From assembly GCA_002269645.1 (NCBI GenBank), contig NIVC01002975.1:1-64000 (forward strand): DNA of 64,000 bases. Direction: 5' to 3'. The DNA is from Macrostomum lignano. Its lineage: Eukaryota. Each line of letters opens with the position of its first letter. The first letter of the stretch is position 1. Shown here piece after piece: positions 24,247 through 42,524 of this stretch. Position numbers and translations under genes: made by a program. The notes under the pieces were generated by a model. That model saw only the letters and a program-made list of their open reading frames with translations. It was not told the DNA's origin and did not search any database.

Positions 24247-26610
24247 ATGTCAACAGAAGCAATTGGAGACGTTGGCGACATTCGTCGCGTCCTGATCGCT
24301 GTTGATCGCAGCGAGCACAGCGAGCGCGCCATCCGCTGGTATTTGAGCAAGCTGCACCGGCCATCCGATCAGCTGGTGTTTGTGAACGTGTCCGAGCCGC
24401 CGGAAGTTGCTCTGGGCTTTGGCATGGCCGGACCGGCCGTGGCCGAAGTCTATTCTAAAGCTCTGGATGAGACTGTGAGTCTGCGGCTTCCATTATGCGC
24501 CATTTGTTGCAAATCAGTGTGGAAACCCAACCCTACTGATAGCTGCCTAACTGCCTGATATTCACTATAGCCAGATAACCAGCCTTAGCCAGATTTAGCT
24601 TCAAAAAAGCACTTTATAAAAATTCTCCTAGTTACATTACATTTAGAGTTATCCTACCCTAGAGTCGTTGTCTATCTACCTCAGAACCGTTGTCTATCTA
24701 CCTCAGAACCGTTGTCTATCTACCTCAGAACCGTTGTCTATCTACCCTAGAACCGTTGTCTATCTACCCTAGAGTCGTTGTCTATCTACCTTAGAACCGT
24801 TGTCTATCTACCCTAGAACCGTTGTCTATCTACCCTAGAACCGTTGTCTATCTACCCTAGAACCGTTGTCTATCTACCCTAGAGTCGTTGTCTATCTACC
24901 TCAGAACCGTTGTCTATCTACCCTAGAGTCGTTGTCTATCTACCTCAGAACCGTTGTCTATCTACCCTAGAACCGTTGTCTATCTACCCTAGAACCGTTG
25001 TCTATCTACCCTAGAACCGTTGTCTATCTACCCTAGAACCGTTGTCTATCTACCCTAGAGTCGTTGTCTATCTACCTCAGAACCGTTGTCTATCTACCCT
25101 AGAGTCGTTGTCTATCTACCTCAGAACCGTTGTCTATCTACCCTAGAACCGTTGTCTATCTACCCTAGAACCGTTGTCTATCTACCCTAGAACCGTTGTC
25201 TATCTACCCTAGAGTCGTTGTCTATCTACCTTTGAATCGTTGTCTATCTACCCTAGAACCGTTATCTATCTACCCTTGAATCGTTGTCTATCTACCCTAG
25301 AATTGTTGCTTATCTACCCTACGCTATCCACTCAATCTAGAATCGCTCCCTAGTGTCTAACTACCCAAAGAATCGGCCTTCCTTACCTCATAGCTCATAT
25401 CAAGTAAGAATTTTCCTTACTGTTAAAATTCCAAATTAGCACTGGAACAGCGCTGGCGAGACTAGTGCACTCTGCATGCGCCCCGTGGGAGCCCAGTAAG
25501 CACTTATTTGCAACCCGGCTTAGTTGCACAGCCAGCGATAGTAAAATTTCCTGCGATAAAATCTTCGCTCTGAATAATTAATGTTGACGCCAGCTTTCAG
25601 ACCTACGCCTGGGCCTTGGCCAGCATAGCCCAGTCCGAAGTGTCCCTAGAGATGCTGGTGAAGTCGAAGCAATTTATCACCCTAGGCCATCTTGTAGAAA
25701 CACTCTAGACTATCTTGTAAAATCGCTCTAAGACCGTCTTGTAGAAACGGCATAGACATCTCTACAGTGTTTTAAATTATTTTTTGGCACCGCCAACTGG
25801 TTTCACCTGTGCGAATTTTAGCATCCGCCACCCCTGTTCACCTGTCGCTGACACCTGGCACCCCTGTTCACCTGTCTCTGACACCTGGCACCCCAGTTCA
25901 CTTATCGCTGACACCCGGCACCCCTGTTCACCTGTCGCTGACACCCGGCACCCCTGTTCACCTGTCGCTGACACCCGTCACCCCTGTTCACCTGTTGCTG
26001 AAACCCGGCACCCCTGTTCACCTGTTGCTGATACCCGGCACCCCTGTTCACCTTTCGTTGACACCCGGCACCCCTGTTCACCTGTCGCTGACACCCGTCA
26101 CCCCTGTTCACCTGTTGCTGAAACCCGGCACCCCTGTTCACCTGTTGCTGATACCCGGCACCCCTGTTCACCTTTCGTTGACACCCGGCACCCCTGTTCA
26201 CCTGTCGCTGACACCCGTCACCCCTGTTCACCTGTTGCTGAAACCCGGCACCCCTGTTCACCTGTTGCTGACACCCGGTACCCCTGTTCACCTGTTGCTG
26301 AAACCCGGCACCCCTGTTCACCCGCCAGGTCGCTCAAGCCAAGCAGCTGGCCGTAGACATCAAAGAACTTTGCCGCGGCCTGGGCGCCGAGCACGTCCGC
26401 TTTCTTGAACGCATCGCCCGCAGTCCCGGCCAGTCCATTGTGGATCTGGCCGAAGAGGAGAATGTGGAACTCATTATCATGGGCTCGCGCGGCCAGGGCC
26501 TGCTTAGGCGTACCTTTTTAGGCTCAGTTAGCGACTACGTGCTGCACCATACTCACCGGCCGGTGCTGGTGGTGCCGCCTGCGGCCAACACCGCCGCAGC
26601 CGAGAAGTGA
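24247..26610 (+). CDS. Universal stress protein (UspA domain), 169 aa
   Basis: Exons 24247-24474 and 26329-26610 (phase 0). RRVLIAVDRSEHSERA..W and IIMGSRGQG..RRTFLGSVSDYVLHH..PVLVVP are Usp signatures. Confidence 0.93.
24652..25320. repeat. 22-bp minisatellite, about 30 copies, in the Usp intron
   Basis: Unit gaaccgttgtctatctacccta. Confidence 0.95.
25828..26322. repeat. 30-bp minisatellite, about 16 copies, abutting the Usp acceptor
   Basis: Unit cacccctgttcacctgtcgctgacacccgg. Confidence 0.95.
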
Positions 26611-26996
26611 ACACACTCCTCACCCAACTGTTCTTTTGTGTAGGCGTTAAGTTATAACTTGTTATTATTAATAAATAGAGTTTTCACCGATTAAATTCTG
26701 CACTCATCTATTGTGTTATATTTTCATTTTATGATTCTTACTTTTCCCGAAAAAAAGGATTCGAAAATCGCGAATTTTAATTAGACTTATTTGGAAGTAT
26801 TATAAATTGTATATTGACTTTAAAATTTATAAGTCCAATCCGGTTAGTGGGTAAGTACCCCCTGAGTACGTGTAGTTCTAATCTTAATTTATGTACTTTT
26901 GTTTAGCGGATACCTTTTACCGTTCATTCGCGCGACTCTCTTGTTTCGGCTCTATTCTTATCATTTTTTACACCTTTCTGTATAGATGCATTACAC

Positions 26997-27380
26997 CAGG
27001 GGTTGGCAAACCTTTAACCTCAAGGGCCCGATGAAGAATCTAGCGCATGACTGCGGGTCAGAGAGCGGGAGAGAGAAGATAGAAAGAGAGAGGAGAGACG
27101 ATTGGAGAGGAGAGCTGAGACTAGCTGAGAAGATTAGAGCATGGGCCGGATGAAGAGGCTTGCCTGGCCGCATGTGGCACGCGGACCCCTGCTTTAGACC
27201 ATTGTTTCCTCTTACCAAAGACTCTATCCGGCCCTAAGGCATTTTGAAACTTTACGAGTACAATAGCGATCCGACCTGCTCAAGGTTTGTGTCATCTCTT
27301 TTATTCCCTATCCTTTCCTCTCTAGCCATGAGCTACATTGGCTTTCTGGCCTTTGAAGTAAAACAGATCTACCGACCCCT
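26997..27380. mobile_element. Two partial hAT (Charlie-like) MITE copies in opposite orientation
   Basis: caggggttggcaa at 26997, ggccgcatgtggc..ggacccctg ending at 27191, and a second copy ending ccgacccctg near 27380. Homologous to 765-1037. Confidence 0.6.
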
Positions 27381-27874
27381 GGTTTAATTGGCTGTCAAGG
27401 TCAGATGTTGCATAACTTCGATTGTTTAACCCTTGAAACAAATAAAAAATTTAATAATGCTTTAATCTGTCAAATTGCACTATCCAAACTTTTCCTCTCT
27501 GCCTTTTGTACTTTAAACGCTGCTGTTGCTGTCTTCCCGATGTCATCAATTTTCTCTTGCTTTTTTTCTATCCATTGTGATTAAACTCTGCAGTCCTCAC
27601 AACTAAACTTTATCTTTCTTATAACGCTAAGGCAACATTTTAATTTTCTCAAGTATTTCATTAATTTTATACTGCTATAAATTCATTACGCTGCTTTAAA
27701 AGTGCATCTTGACTGAAAGCTAAATAAATAATAATTAATTTCAATACTACCCTGTTGCAGCAAGCCTACTGTTAGTTACATATTTATTTTCATGCATCCC
27801 ATGTTATATTAGTATTAGAAGTGACATGAAAAGGGACAGTTAAGAAGTAGAAAGGAAAGATGGAAGGCAGAGTG

Positions 27875-28725
27875 CAGGACACACAGGTGGAGGGAGGACA
27901 CAGCAAGGCAGTGCAAGAGACACAGGTTGAGGGAGGACACAGCAGGATAGTGCAAGAGACACAGGTTGAGGGAGGACACAGCAGGACAGTGCAAGAGACA
28001 CAGGTTGGGGGACAGCAAGACACACAGGTGGGAGGACAGCAAGACACAGGTGGGAGGACAGCAAGACACAGGTGGGAGGACAGCAAGACACACAGGTGGG
28101 AGGACAGCAAGACACACAGGTGGGAGGACAGCAAGACACACAGGTGGGAGGACAGCAAGACACACAAGTGGGAGGACAGCAAGACACACAGGTGGGAGGA
28201 CAGCAAGACACAGGTGGGAGGACAGCAAGACACACAGGTGGCAGGACAGCAAGACACACAGGTGGGAGGACAGCAAGACACACAGGTGGGAGGACAGCAA
28301 GACACACAGGTGGGAGGACAGCAAGACACAGGTGGGAGGACAGCAAGACACACAGGTGGGAGGACAGCAAGACACACAGATGGGAGGACAGCAAGACACA
28401 CAGGTGGGAGGACAGCAAGACACACAGATGGGAGGACAGCAAGACACACAGGTGGGAGGACAGCAAGACACACAGGTGGGAGGACAGCAAGACACACAGG
28501 TGGGAGGACAGCAAGACACACAAGTGGGAGGACAGCAAGACACACAGGTGGGAGGACAGCAAGACACACAGATGGGAGGACAGCAAGACACACAGGTGGG
28601 AGGACAGCAAGACACACAGATGGGAGGACAGCAAGACACACAGGTGGGAGGACAGCAAGACACACAGGTGGGAGGACAGCAAGACACACAGGTGGGAGGA
28701 CAGCAAGACACACAGGTGGGAGGAT
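27875..28725. repeat. 22-24-bp minisatellite, about 36 copies, upstream of the ENT gene
   Basis: Unit caagacacacaggtgggaggacag. Confidence 0.95.
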
Positions 28726-28777
28726 AGCGACACAAAGCAGTTCCCGACTTGCTCGCTGCAGGCCGGGGCCGTGCGCG

Positions 28778-31700
28778 ATGCCGAAACGCCGTCATCAGCC
28801 CGAGCAGCCGCTGCTGGTGAACTGCGACGAGGTGGACGACTCCGAGCAGCTGGATTCAGACGAGGCGATCGGCAACACTGACAACAATGTAGACGCGAGT
28901 GACAACAGCGTCACTACCCCGCTGCTGAATGGAGCCGGCAGCGAGAGTGTGCATCTGTACTACAGCGGAAGCGCTGGCGGCGGCCGCGGCAGTCGGGACT
29001 CATTCAACGCCGCTCTGTTTCTATTCTTCTTCCTAGGCATCGGCTCGCTGCTGCCTTGGAATTTTTTCACAACCGCAAAAGGCTACTTTAACTTCAAGCT
29101 GAGAAATGTCAGCGCCGATAGCACCGAGGATGGCGGCGGTACAACTTACCTGCAATTGACGTTTGAGAACTACTTGGCCGTGTTCTCAAATCTGCCTAAT
29201 ATAGTCTTCACCCTGGCCAACGCTGCTGTTACCAAGCGGATTGGGCAGGCCACCCGCCTGCTGGCCGGCCTCTGTTTGATGATTGCCGTGTTTGCCGCCA
29301 CCGCTGCGTTCGTCTGTGTTGACACCGACGACTGTGAGGCTGGGTTTTAGTATTATTATTATTAGTAATAGTAGTAGTAGCAGCAGTAGTTGTAGCAGTA
29401 GTAGATGTAGTAGTAGCAAGCAGCAGTAGTAGTAGCAGTAGTAGATGTAGTAGTAGCAAGCAGCAGTAGTAGTAGCAAGCAGTAGTAGTAGTAGCAAGCA
29501 GCAGTAGTAGTAGCAAGCAGCAGCAGTAGTAGCAAGCAGCAGTAGTAGTAGCAAGCAGCAGCAGTAGTAGCAAGCAGCAGTAGTAGTAGCAAGCAGCAGT
29601 AGTAGTAGCAAGCAGCAGTAGTAGTAGCAAGCAGCAGTAGTAGTAGCAAGCAGCAGTAGTAGTAGCAAGCAGCAGTAGTAGTAGCAAGCAGCAGTAGTAG
29701 TAGCAAGCAGCAGTAGTAGTAGCAAGCAGCAGTAGTAGTAGCAAGCAGCAGTAGTAGTAGCAAGCAGCAGCAGTAGTAGTAGCAAGCAGCAGTAGTAGTA
29801 GCAAGCAGCAGATGTAGTAGTAGCAAGCAGCAGTAGTAGTAGCAAGCAGCAGTAGTAGTTGTAGCAAGCAGCAGTAGTAGTAGCAAGCAGCAGATGTAGT
29901 AGTAGCAAGCATCAGTAGTAGTAGCAAGCATCAGTAGTAGTAGTAGCAAGCATCAGTAGTAGTAGTAGCAAGCAGCAGTAGTAGTAGCAAGCAGCAGTAG
30001 TAGTAGCAAGCAGCAGTAGAAGTAGCAAGCAGCAGTAGTAGTAGCAAGCAGCAGTAGTAGTAGTAGCAAGCAGCAGATGTAGTAGTAGCAAGCAGCAGTA
30101 GTAGTAGCAAGCAGCAGTAGTAGTTGTAGCAAGCAGCAGTAGTAGTAGCAAGCAGCAGTAGTAGTAGTAGCAAGCAGCAGTAGTAGTAGTAGCAATAGTA
30201 GTTGAAGTAGTAGCTTCGCACTATTAGTGATCTTAAAACGCTATGAGTCACTTTCAAATCGCTCATAAATTTCGGTTTCCTGTTAGTATCTACAAACACC
30301 GGTATATGTGGTTAAACCATGAAGTTCTCTTTATAAATGAGAGGTCATCATTCATCATTTTTTGATTTCCCATTTTACTTTTTTGCTGCCCACAGACCAA
30401 ACCGCTTTCTTCTGGTGCACCATGGCCTCCGTGATGGCAGTAAACATCGGAGCCGCCCTCGTGCAGGGCTCGCTATTCGGTCTGGCTGCCATGTTTCCTC
30501 ATAAATATGTTACCGCGCTGATGCAGGTGAGCTGACACTCCAGTGCCCCCCACTGACACTCCAGTGTCTCCCACTGACACTCCAGTGCCCCCCACTGACA
30601 CTCCAGTGTTCCCCACTGACACTCCAGTGCCCCCCACTGACACTCCAGTGTCCCCCACTGACACTCCAGTGCCCCCCACTGACACTCCAGTGTCCCCACT
30701 GACACTCCAGTGCTCCTACTGACACTCCAGTGTCCCCCACTGACACTCCAGTGCCCCCACTGACACTCCAGTGCCCCCACTGACACTCCAGTGTCCCCCA
30801 CTGACACTCCAGTGCCCCCACTGACACTCCAGTGTCCCCCACTGACACTCCAGTGCCCCCCACTGACACTCCAGTGTCCCCCACTGACACTCCAGTGCCC
30901 CCACTGACACTCCAGTGTCCCCCACTGACACTCCAGTGCCCCCCACTGACACTCCAGTGTCCCCCACTGACACTCCAGTGCCCCCCACTGACACTCCTGT
31001 TTCCCCCACTGACACTCCAGTGCCCCCACTGACACTCCAGTGCCCCCACTGACACTCCAGTGTTCCCCACTGACACTCCAGTGCCCCCCACTGACACTCC
31101 AGTGTCCCCCACTGACACTCCAGTGCCCCCCACTGACACTCCAGTGTCCCCAGTGACACTCCAGTGCTCCTACTGACACTCCAGTGCCCCCCACTGACAC
31201 TCCAGTGTCCCTACTGACACTCCAGTGCCCCCACTGACACTCCAGTGCCCCCACTGACACTCCAGTGCCCCCCACTGACACTCCAGTGTCCCTACTGACA
31301 CTCCAGTGCCCCCATTGACACTCCAGTGTCCCCCCCCACTCAGGTCACCCTACAAACCACCCGCAGGGCCAGGCCAGCGGTGGTGTCACAGCCGCCCTGG
31401 TGTACATAGCCAGCCTAAGCCTTGGCTCTGGCGCCCTATCAGCGGGCCTCGTGTACTTTGTATCAGCCACCTGTGTACTTCTACTGTGCCTGCTGGCCTA
31501 CCTGGCGCTGCGTAGGCTGCCATTCGTTCGAGAGCAGGTGAACAGATCGCAAAGTGAGTGCGTCAATGAGTACAAAGCTCGATCCTAATTGTTTTTATCG
31601 ATATCAAAATCGTTCTCACCATTCACCAGCCATAGAAAGCTATCTACGAGTATATACTCGCATTCTGAAATGTTTAGTAAATCTGTTCGCTTATTATTTG

Positions 31701-33238
31701 TCTTATACAGATAGACCAATTCGGCTCAGGACCATCAGGGCAACCAGGCCGACACGTAATTGCTGACTGCTAGTTTAACATTTGTTTCAGATTTTTCAAC
31801 GTTGTTTTTCAGTAGCGATAACAAATCGTTTGCTAACTGCTCACCACTGTTGCATTCTTCTAATATTGTCGCGGCCCAGGGCCTCGTGAAAATCTAATCT
31901 TATCGAGTTTTTGTTGGCTAACATGCATTATTGTGGTTTATGCACTCGGCACTACTACTGCGTAAATGATTCAGTTCCAGATCCTCACTCTGGGTCGCTG
32001 TCGCCCTCCCGGATCCCTATCTGCTAGGCTGACACCCTCCCCGGATCCTCAGTTGCTAGGCCAACACCCCCGGATCCTCAGTTGCTAGGCCGATACCCCC
32101 GGATCCTCAGTTGCTAGGCCGACACTCGCCAAGATCCTCAGTTGCTAGGCCAACACCCCCGGATCCTCAGTTGCTAGGCCGACACCCCCGGATCCTCAGT
32201 TGCTAGGCCGACACTCGCCAAGATCCTCAGTTGCTAGGCCGACACTCGCCAAGATCCTCAGTTGCTAGGCCAACACCTGCCAAGATCCTCAGTTGCTAGG
32301 CCGACACCCCCAGATTCTCAGTTGCTAGGGCGACACCTGCCAAGATCCTCAGTTGCTAGGCCGACACCCGCCAAGATCCTCAGTTGCTAGGCTGACACCC
32401 GCCAAGATCCTCAGTTGCTAGGCTGACACCCGCCAAGATCCTCAGTTGCTAGGCCGACACCCACCAAGATCCTCAGTTGCTAGGCCAACACCCCCCGAGA
32501 TCCTCAGTTGCTAGGCCAACACCCCAGGATCCTCAGTTGCTAGGCCGCCAACACCAGATCATAAAGCTGGGTCACTGCCATTCTCTCAATGGATGAGGAG
32601 AATGTCTTCAAGAATGCTTAAGAATGTCTCCAAACCCACATTGCACCGCAGGCATCTCCTACGACTCCAGCCTGCCATCTGCCGGTAGCAGCCTGTCACT
32701 GTCCGGCCAGCCGGCCACCTGGCGCCGGGCGCTGTCCGACTTGGCCTGGCCGGCCCTGTCCGTATTCATGGTGTTCGCGGTGTCGCTCAGCCTCTACCCG
32801 GCCCTGCTCAGCTCGGTCAGCTCAGTTGCCAGGCCTGACTCGCTCTATTTTGTCCCGCTGGCCTGCTTCCTGGCATTCAACGCTGCCGACCTGCTGGGCA
32901 GGTGTTTTGTCAGCTTCTCATTGCCCAGCTCAAATCGCCTGCTTGCCGGCCTGGCCCTGCTCAGGCTGGTCTTTGTTCCCCTATTCCTGGCCTGCAACTA
33001 CCAGCCCAGGCGGCAGTGGGCGATCCCGCCAGCGTTCACTTCTGACGCCGCTCTGCCCATCCTTGTCAGCCTGTTCGGCCTTAGCAACGGTTACCTGGGC
33101 GCTCTGAGCATGACTCGAGGCGCCGCCGCAGCCGAGATTCAGAATGCCGAATTGTACGGCGCGTTGATGAGCTTCTTTCTGACCCTGGGACTGGGAACGG
33201 GATCTGCGGCTTCGTTTGTGTTCACCACGCTGCTGTGA
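28778..33238 (+). CDS. SLC29A: Equilibrative nucleoside transporter (SLC29/ENT family), 486 aa
   Basis: Exons 28778-29333, 30396-30526, 31367-31553 and 32652-33238. Motifs [50 protein letters not shown] and SNGY. Subtype not assigned. Confidence 0.95.
29365..30200. repeat. CAG/TAG-based about 18-bp repeat, ENT intron 1
   Basis: Unit agcaagcagcagtagtagt. Confidence 0.95.
30533..31340. repeat. 20-21-bp minisatellite, about 39 copies, filling ENT intron 2
   Basis: Unit actgacactccagtgcccccc starts 6 nt after the donor and ends about 25 nt before the acceptor. Confidence 0.95.
32030..32510. repeat. 29-31-bp minisatellite, about 15 copies, ENT intron 3
   Basis: Unit gatcctcagttgctaggccgacacccgccaa. 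Confidence 0.93.
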
Positions 33239-33285
33239 CTGGAGTACTGTGGCTGTGTCCTGTGGCGTGTTCTGAGTTATCTTTC

Positions 33286-33780
33286 CTTCAGTGCCGCAAC
33301 CCCCATTCCTTCAGTGCCGCAACCCCCATTCCTTCAGTGCCGCAACCCCCATTCTTTCAGTGCCGCAACCCCCATTCCTTCAGTGCCGCAACCCCCATTC
33401 CTTCAGTGCCGCAACCCCCATTCTTTCAGTGCCGCAACCCCCATTCCTTCAGTGCCGCAACCCCCATTCCTTCAGTGCCGCAACCCCCATTCCTTCAGTG
33501 CCGCAACCCCCATTCCTTCAGTGCCGCAACCCCCATTCCTTCAGTGCCGCAACCCCCATTCCTTCAGTGCCGCAACCCCCATTCCTTCAGTGCCGCAACC
33601 CCCATTCTTTCAGTGCCGCAACCCCCATTCCTTCAGTGCCGCAACCCCCATTCCTTCAGTGCCGCAACCCCCATTCCTTCAGTGCCGCAACCCCCATTCC
33701 TTCAGTGCCGCAACCCCCATTCTTTCAGTGCCGCAACCCCCATTCCTTCAGTGCCGCAACCCCCATTCCTTCAGTGCCGC
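33286..33780. repeat. 23-bp minisatellite, about 21 copies, downstream of the ENT stop
   Basis: Unit ttcagtgccgcaacccccattcc. Confidence 0.95.
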
Positions 33781-34054
33781 TAGTCCATCCAATTCTTTCA
33801 AAGCCGTAGTCGACATTCCTACGAGTCGCTACCTCTTGTTATCGCAAGTCAGGAACTCCAAAACAATACTATATTGTACTGCATGGCGGATTCACTATAC
33901 TTCTGTTAGCTTCATATTTACGTGCAATGCATTGCGCTTAATTTTTCGGCATTATACTGTTTATTGAATTGCAGTACATTAGACCTCGGCTTGATTGACT
34001 ATTAATTATTAACTAGATGTTTGAGGTAAAACTTTTTGTACTTGTATAGGGGCG

Positions 34055-34925
34055 CGAGTGTCGGTGGCGCCGGTGACTGTCGGTGGCGCCGGTGGCGCCC
34101 GTGACTGTCGGTGGCGCCGGTGTAAGTGTCGGTGGCGCCGGTATGAGTGTCAGTAGCGCCGGTATAAGTGTCGGTGGCTCCGGTATGAGTGTCAGTAGCG
34201 CCGGTATAAGTGTCGGTGGCTCCGGTATGAGTGTCGGTGGTTCCGGTATGAGTGTCAGCGGCTCCGGTATAAGTGTCGGTGGCTCCGGTATGAGTGTCGG
34301 TGGCTCCGGTATGAGTGTCAGTAGCGCCGGTATAAGTGTCGGTGGCTCCGGTATGAGTGTCATTAGCGCCGGTATAAGTGTCGGTGGCTCCGGTATGACT
34401 GTCGGCGGCTCCGGTATGAGTGTCGGTGGCTCCGGTATGAGTGTCGGTGGCTCCGGTATGAGTGTCGGTGGCTCCGGTATGAGTGTCATTAGCGCCGGTA
34501 TGAGTGTCGGTGGCTCCGGTATGAGTGTCATTAGCACCGGTATAAGTGTCGGTGGCTCCGGTATGAGTGTCATTAGCGCCGGTATAAGTGTCGGTGGCTC
34601 CGGTATGAGTGTCATTAGCGCCGGTATGAGTGTCGGTGGCTCCGGTATGAGTGTCATTAGCGCCGGTATAAGTGTCGGTGGCTCCGGTATGACTGTCGGC
34701 GGCTCCGGTATAAGTGTCGGTAGTTCCGGTATGAGTGTCGGCGGCTCCGGTATGAGTGTCGGTGGCGTGGGTGTGAGTGTCGGTTGCGCTGGTATGAGTG
34801 TCGGTAGTTCCGGTATGAGTGTCGGTGGCGCGGGTATAAGTGTCGGTTGCGCTGGTATGAGTGTCGGTAGTTCCGGTATGAGTGTCGGTGGCGCGGGTGT
34901 AAGTGTCGGCTGTGCCGGTATGAGT
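34055..34925. repeat. 21-bp minisatellite, about 41 copies
   Basis: Unit ccggtatgagtgtcggtggct. Confidence 0.93.
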
Positions 34926-35709
34926 CAATTGTGCCGTTATGTGTGTCGGTGGCGCCAGCTTCTGATTTCGACCTGTGCAGGTCTTTCTGTACGCTATGAG
35001 CCGCAGTAGTAGTACAGAATTATCACTGTTATGCATCATTATCTTCTGATTGGTGCCGATTATCTGCTTTCTTCCTAATCTGTTAATTGTGCTAACTTGA
35101 CCTCAATTTTTTCACTAATAACTTGTAAAATTCAACTGCGAAATTATAGAGTGGATGCTAATGCTATTTTTTTAGTATCGCTTGCATTACCAATTCTATT
35201 TGATTTTGGGGCAAAACTTTATTGCTCAAGGTACTGTAGAGCAAACTTATAGCTTGGCCTTGAAATCAAGCTATTTTTTCTAAGCCTACCTGCTAGTCCT
35301 GCTAGCTTGCGTGCATACAGACTCTTTTCATAACCTCCTCCTCTTGCTTCATAGACAGGTTATTTTGATATGCAGTATTTTAGTTCTTGGTGGACGGCTT
35401 AATAAATATGTAAATTTCTTTAACTGCGATTGCTTTTACATTCGCTATGCTTGTATGTGATACGGTTTGCTATGTCAGGCTCTGCCAATATTAACTAATA
35501 TGCCATCTATTATAGCTCAGTCATGTTACTAGTCGTTCCTGATTTGCGACTAATCTAAATAATATAATGTATGCTGTGTAACTTCAGCTTTACTTTTATT
35601 TTATACTGTCTTTTATCAGTCAAATAAGTCTCGTGTCTTTGTTTTCGCTTTTTGTTAAGCGGTTGAGTAACTATAGTGTGTCATTGGTGAATGTGACTGA
35701 TCAGATTAA

Positions 35710-36424
35710 AGTGAGTGAGTGATTGGTGAATGCGGCTGATCAGAGTGATTGATTGGTGAATGCGGCTGATCAGAGTGAAGTGATTGGTGAATGCGGCTGA
35801 TCAGAGTGAGTGATTGGTGAATGCGGCTGATCAGAGTGATTGATTGGTGAATGCGGCTGATCAGAGTGAGTGATTGGTGAATGTGGCTGATCAGAGTGAG
35901 TGATTGGTGAATGCGGCTGATCAGAGTGAGTGAGTGATTGGTGAATGCAGCTGATCAGAGTGAGTGATTGGTGAATGCAGCTGATCAGAGTGAGTGAGTG
36001 ATTGGTGAATGCAGCTGATCAGAGTGAGTGAGTGATTGGTGAATGCAGCTGATCAGAGTGAGTGATTGGTGAATGCGGCTGATCAGAGTGAGTGAGTGAT
36101 TGGTGAATGCAGCTGATCAGAGTGAGTGAGTGATTATGGAATGCAGCTGATCAGAGTGAGTGAGTGATTGGTGAATGCAGCTGATCAGAGTGAGTGATTG
36201 GTGAATGCGGCTGATCAGAGTGAGTGAGTGATTGGTGAATGCGGCTGATCAGAGTGAGTGAGTGATTGGTGAATGCAGCTGATCAGAGTGAGTGAGTGAT
36301 TGGTGAATGCAGCTGATCAGAGTGAGTGATTGGTGAATGCAGCTGATCAGAGTGAGTGATTGGTGAATGCAGCTGATCAGAGTGAGTGAGTGATTGGTGA
36401 ATGCAGCTGATCAGAGTGAGTGAC
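35710..36424. repeat. 27-31-bp minisatellite, about 24 copies
   Basis: Unit gtgattggtgaatgcagctgatcagagtga. Confidence 0.93.
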
Positions 36425-37515
36425 CGCTAAAGAGTCATCAACTGTTGCAAGTTGGTGAATGAAATTGCTGCGGTTAAAAAATGAAGTCTTGCTAGAAGTT
36501 AGCAAAAGACTGCAGACAGAACCCAAGCTGAAACAGGCAAGCCGCTAATTAACTAATTAAGAGTCAGGTGTGAGTGCTTAGCTACCTCTCGTGGACCACT
36601 TGTCCGTCAGCGTGGCTTCATCAACTCGTCAGCAGCTGCAGAATTGACAGACCGGCAGCCCTGCGGCAACCCCAGTACAGACACGGTGTGACAGCGGCGC
36701 TTGATTCGTTCTCCTCGCCCCTCCCTTCCCCTGCTATAGCTCTTGGCTAAAACCAAGCCAGCAGTTTGTTTGCTTCGCCTCCCATTGTGGAGGGGGTTGG
36801 CTGACCATGGATTACTGGACAGCGCATCTGGATTGGAAGCTTGGCTGGCTTCTATTTAGATTGAACTTTTAATATGTACAGCAGTAGTCTACTACGAGCG
36901 TACTAACCAGTCTCTAATAATGTCAATGCTTTGTCCCCCGCCCCACCCTATCTTGTGACCTGTTATGGAAATCAATAATTTTGCTTCAAGGGTGACAAAA
37001 TATAGCGCCTGCGGCGCCAAAAATGAGTATCTGCGACGCTAAAATGAGCGCTGACAACACTGATTCTAAGTTACGAATTATAGTTAAGTGTAAAATTTTC
37101 GGTGAAAAACACTTTTAAGTTCAATCTACAAGATTTAAGATTACAGTCTACGATGAAATCTACTTTGTCCATATGGTCGAGCCCCGCCTCCCAGTCAGTT
37201 TCCAGTTCCAGATGCTTCATCTAGTAGTCCACGGCTTGGCGAGAATTTCCCCGAGACGCTCCGTCTGTCCCAACTGTTCAACTATAGACTGGACTAAGGC
37301 TCTCTGTGTGTGTGCATTTTTGTTGCCATGACAACCGACCGACAGCTCTTGACGGGAGGGAGGCAGTGGGGTGGGGGGATTTGTGAGAAAAGAACAGGGG
37401 ATAGGCGGGTCGGTGCAGGCGGGAGTCTAATATATAGCTCTGTCGGGAATTTGCTATTCTACTCGTAGTTGGGAAATCTGAAATTCTATCTTGATATCCG
37501 GGACTCAAATCTGAT

Positions 37516-42524
<5,009 letters not shown>

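Noticed and set aside
24652-25320. CRISPR-like appearance of the regular short repeats throughout the window
   Set aside because: Units are head-to-tail with no unique spacers, there are no cas genes, and the context is eukaryotic.
27860-28777. 306-aa repeat extension in frame with the ENT ORF
   Set aside because: The array is stop-free in multiple frames, and an acceptor plus ATG at 28778 gives a normal-length ENT.
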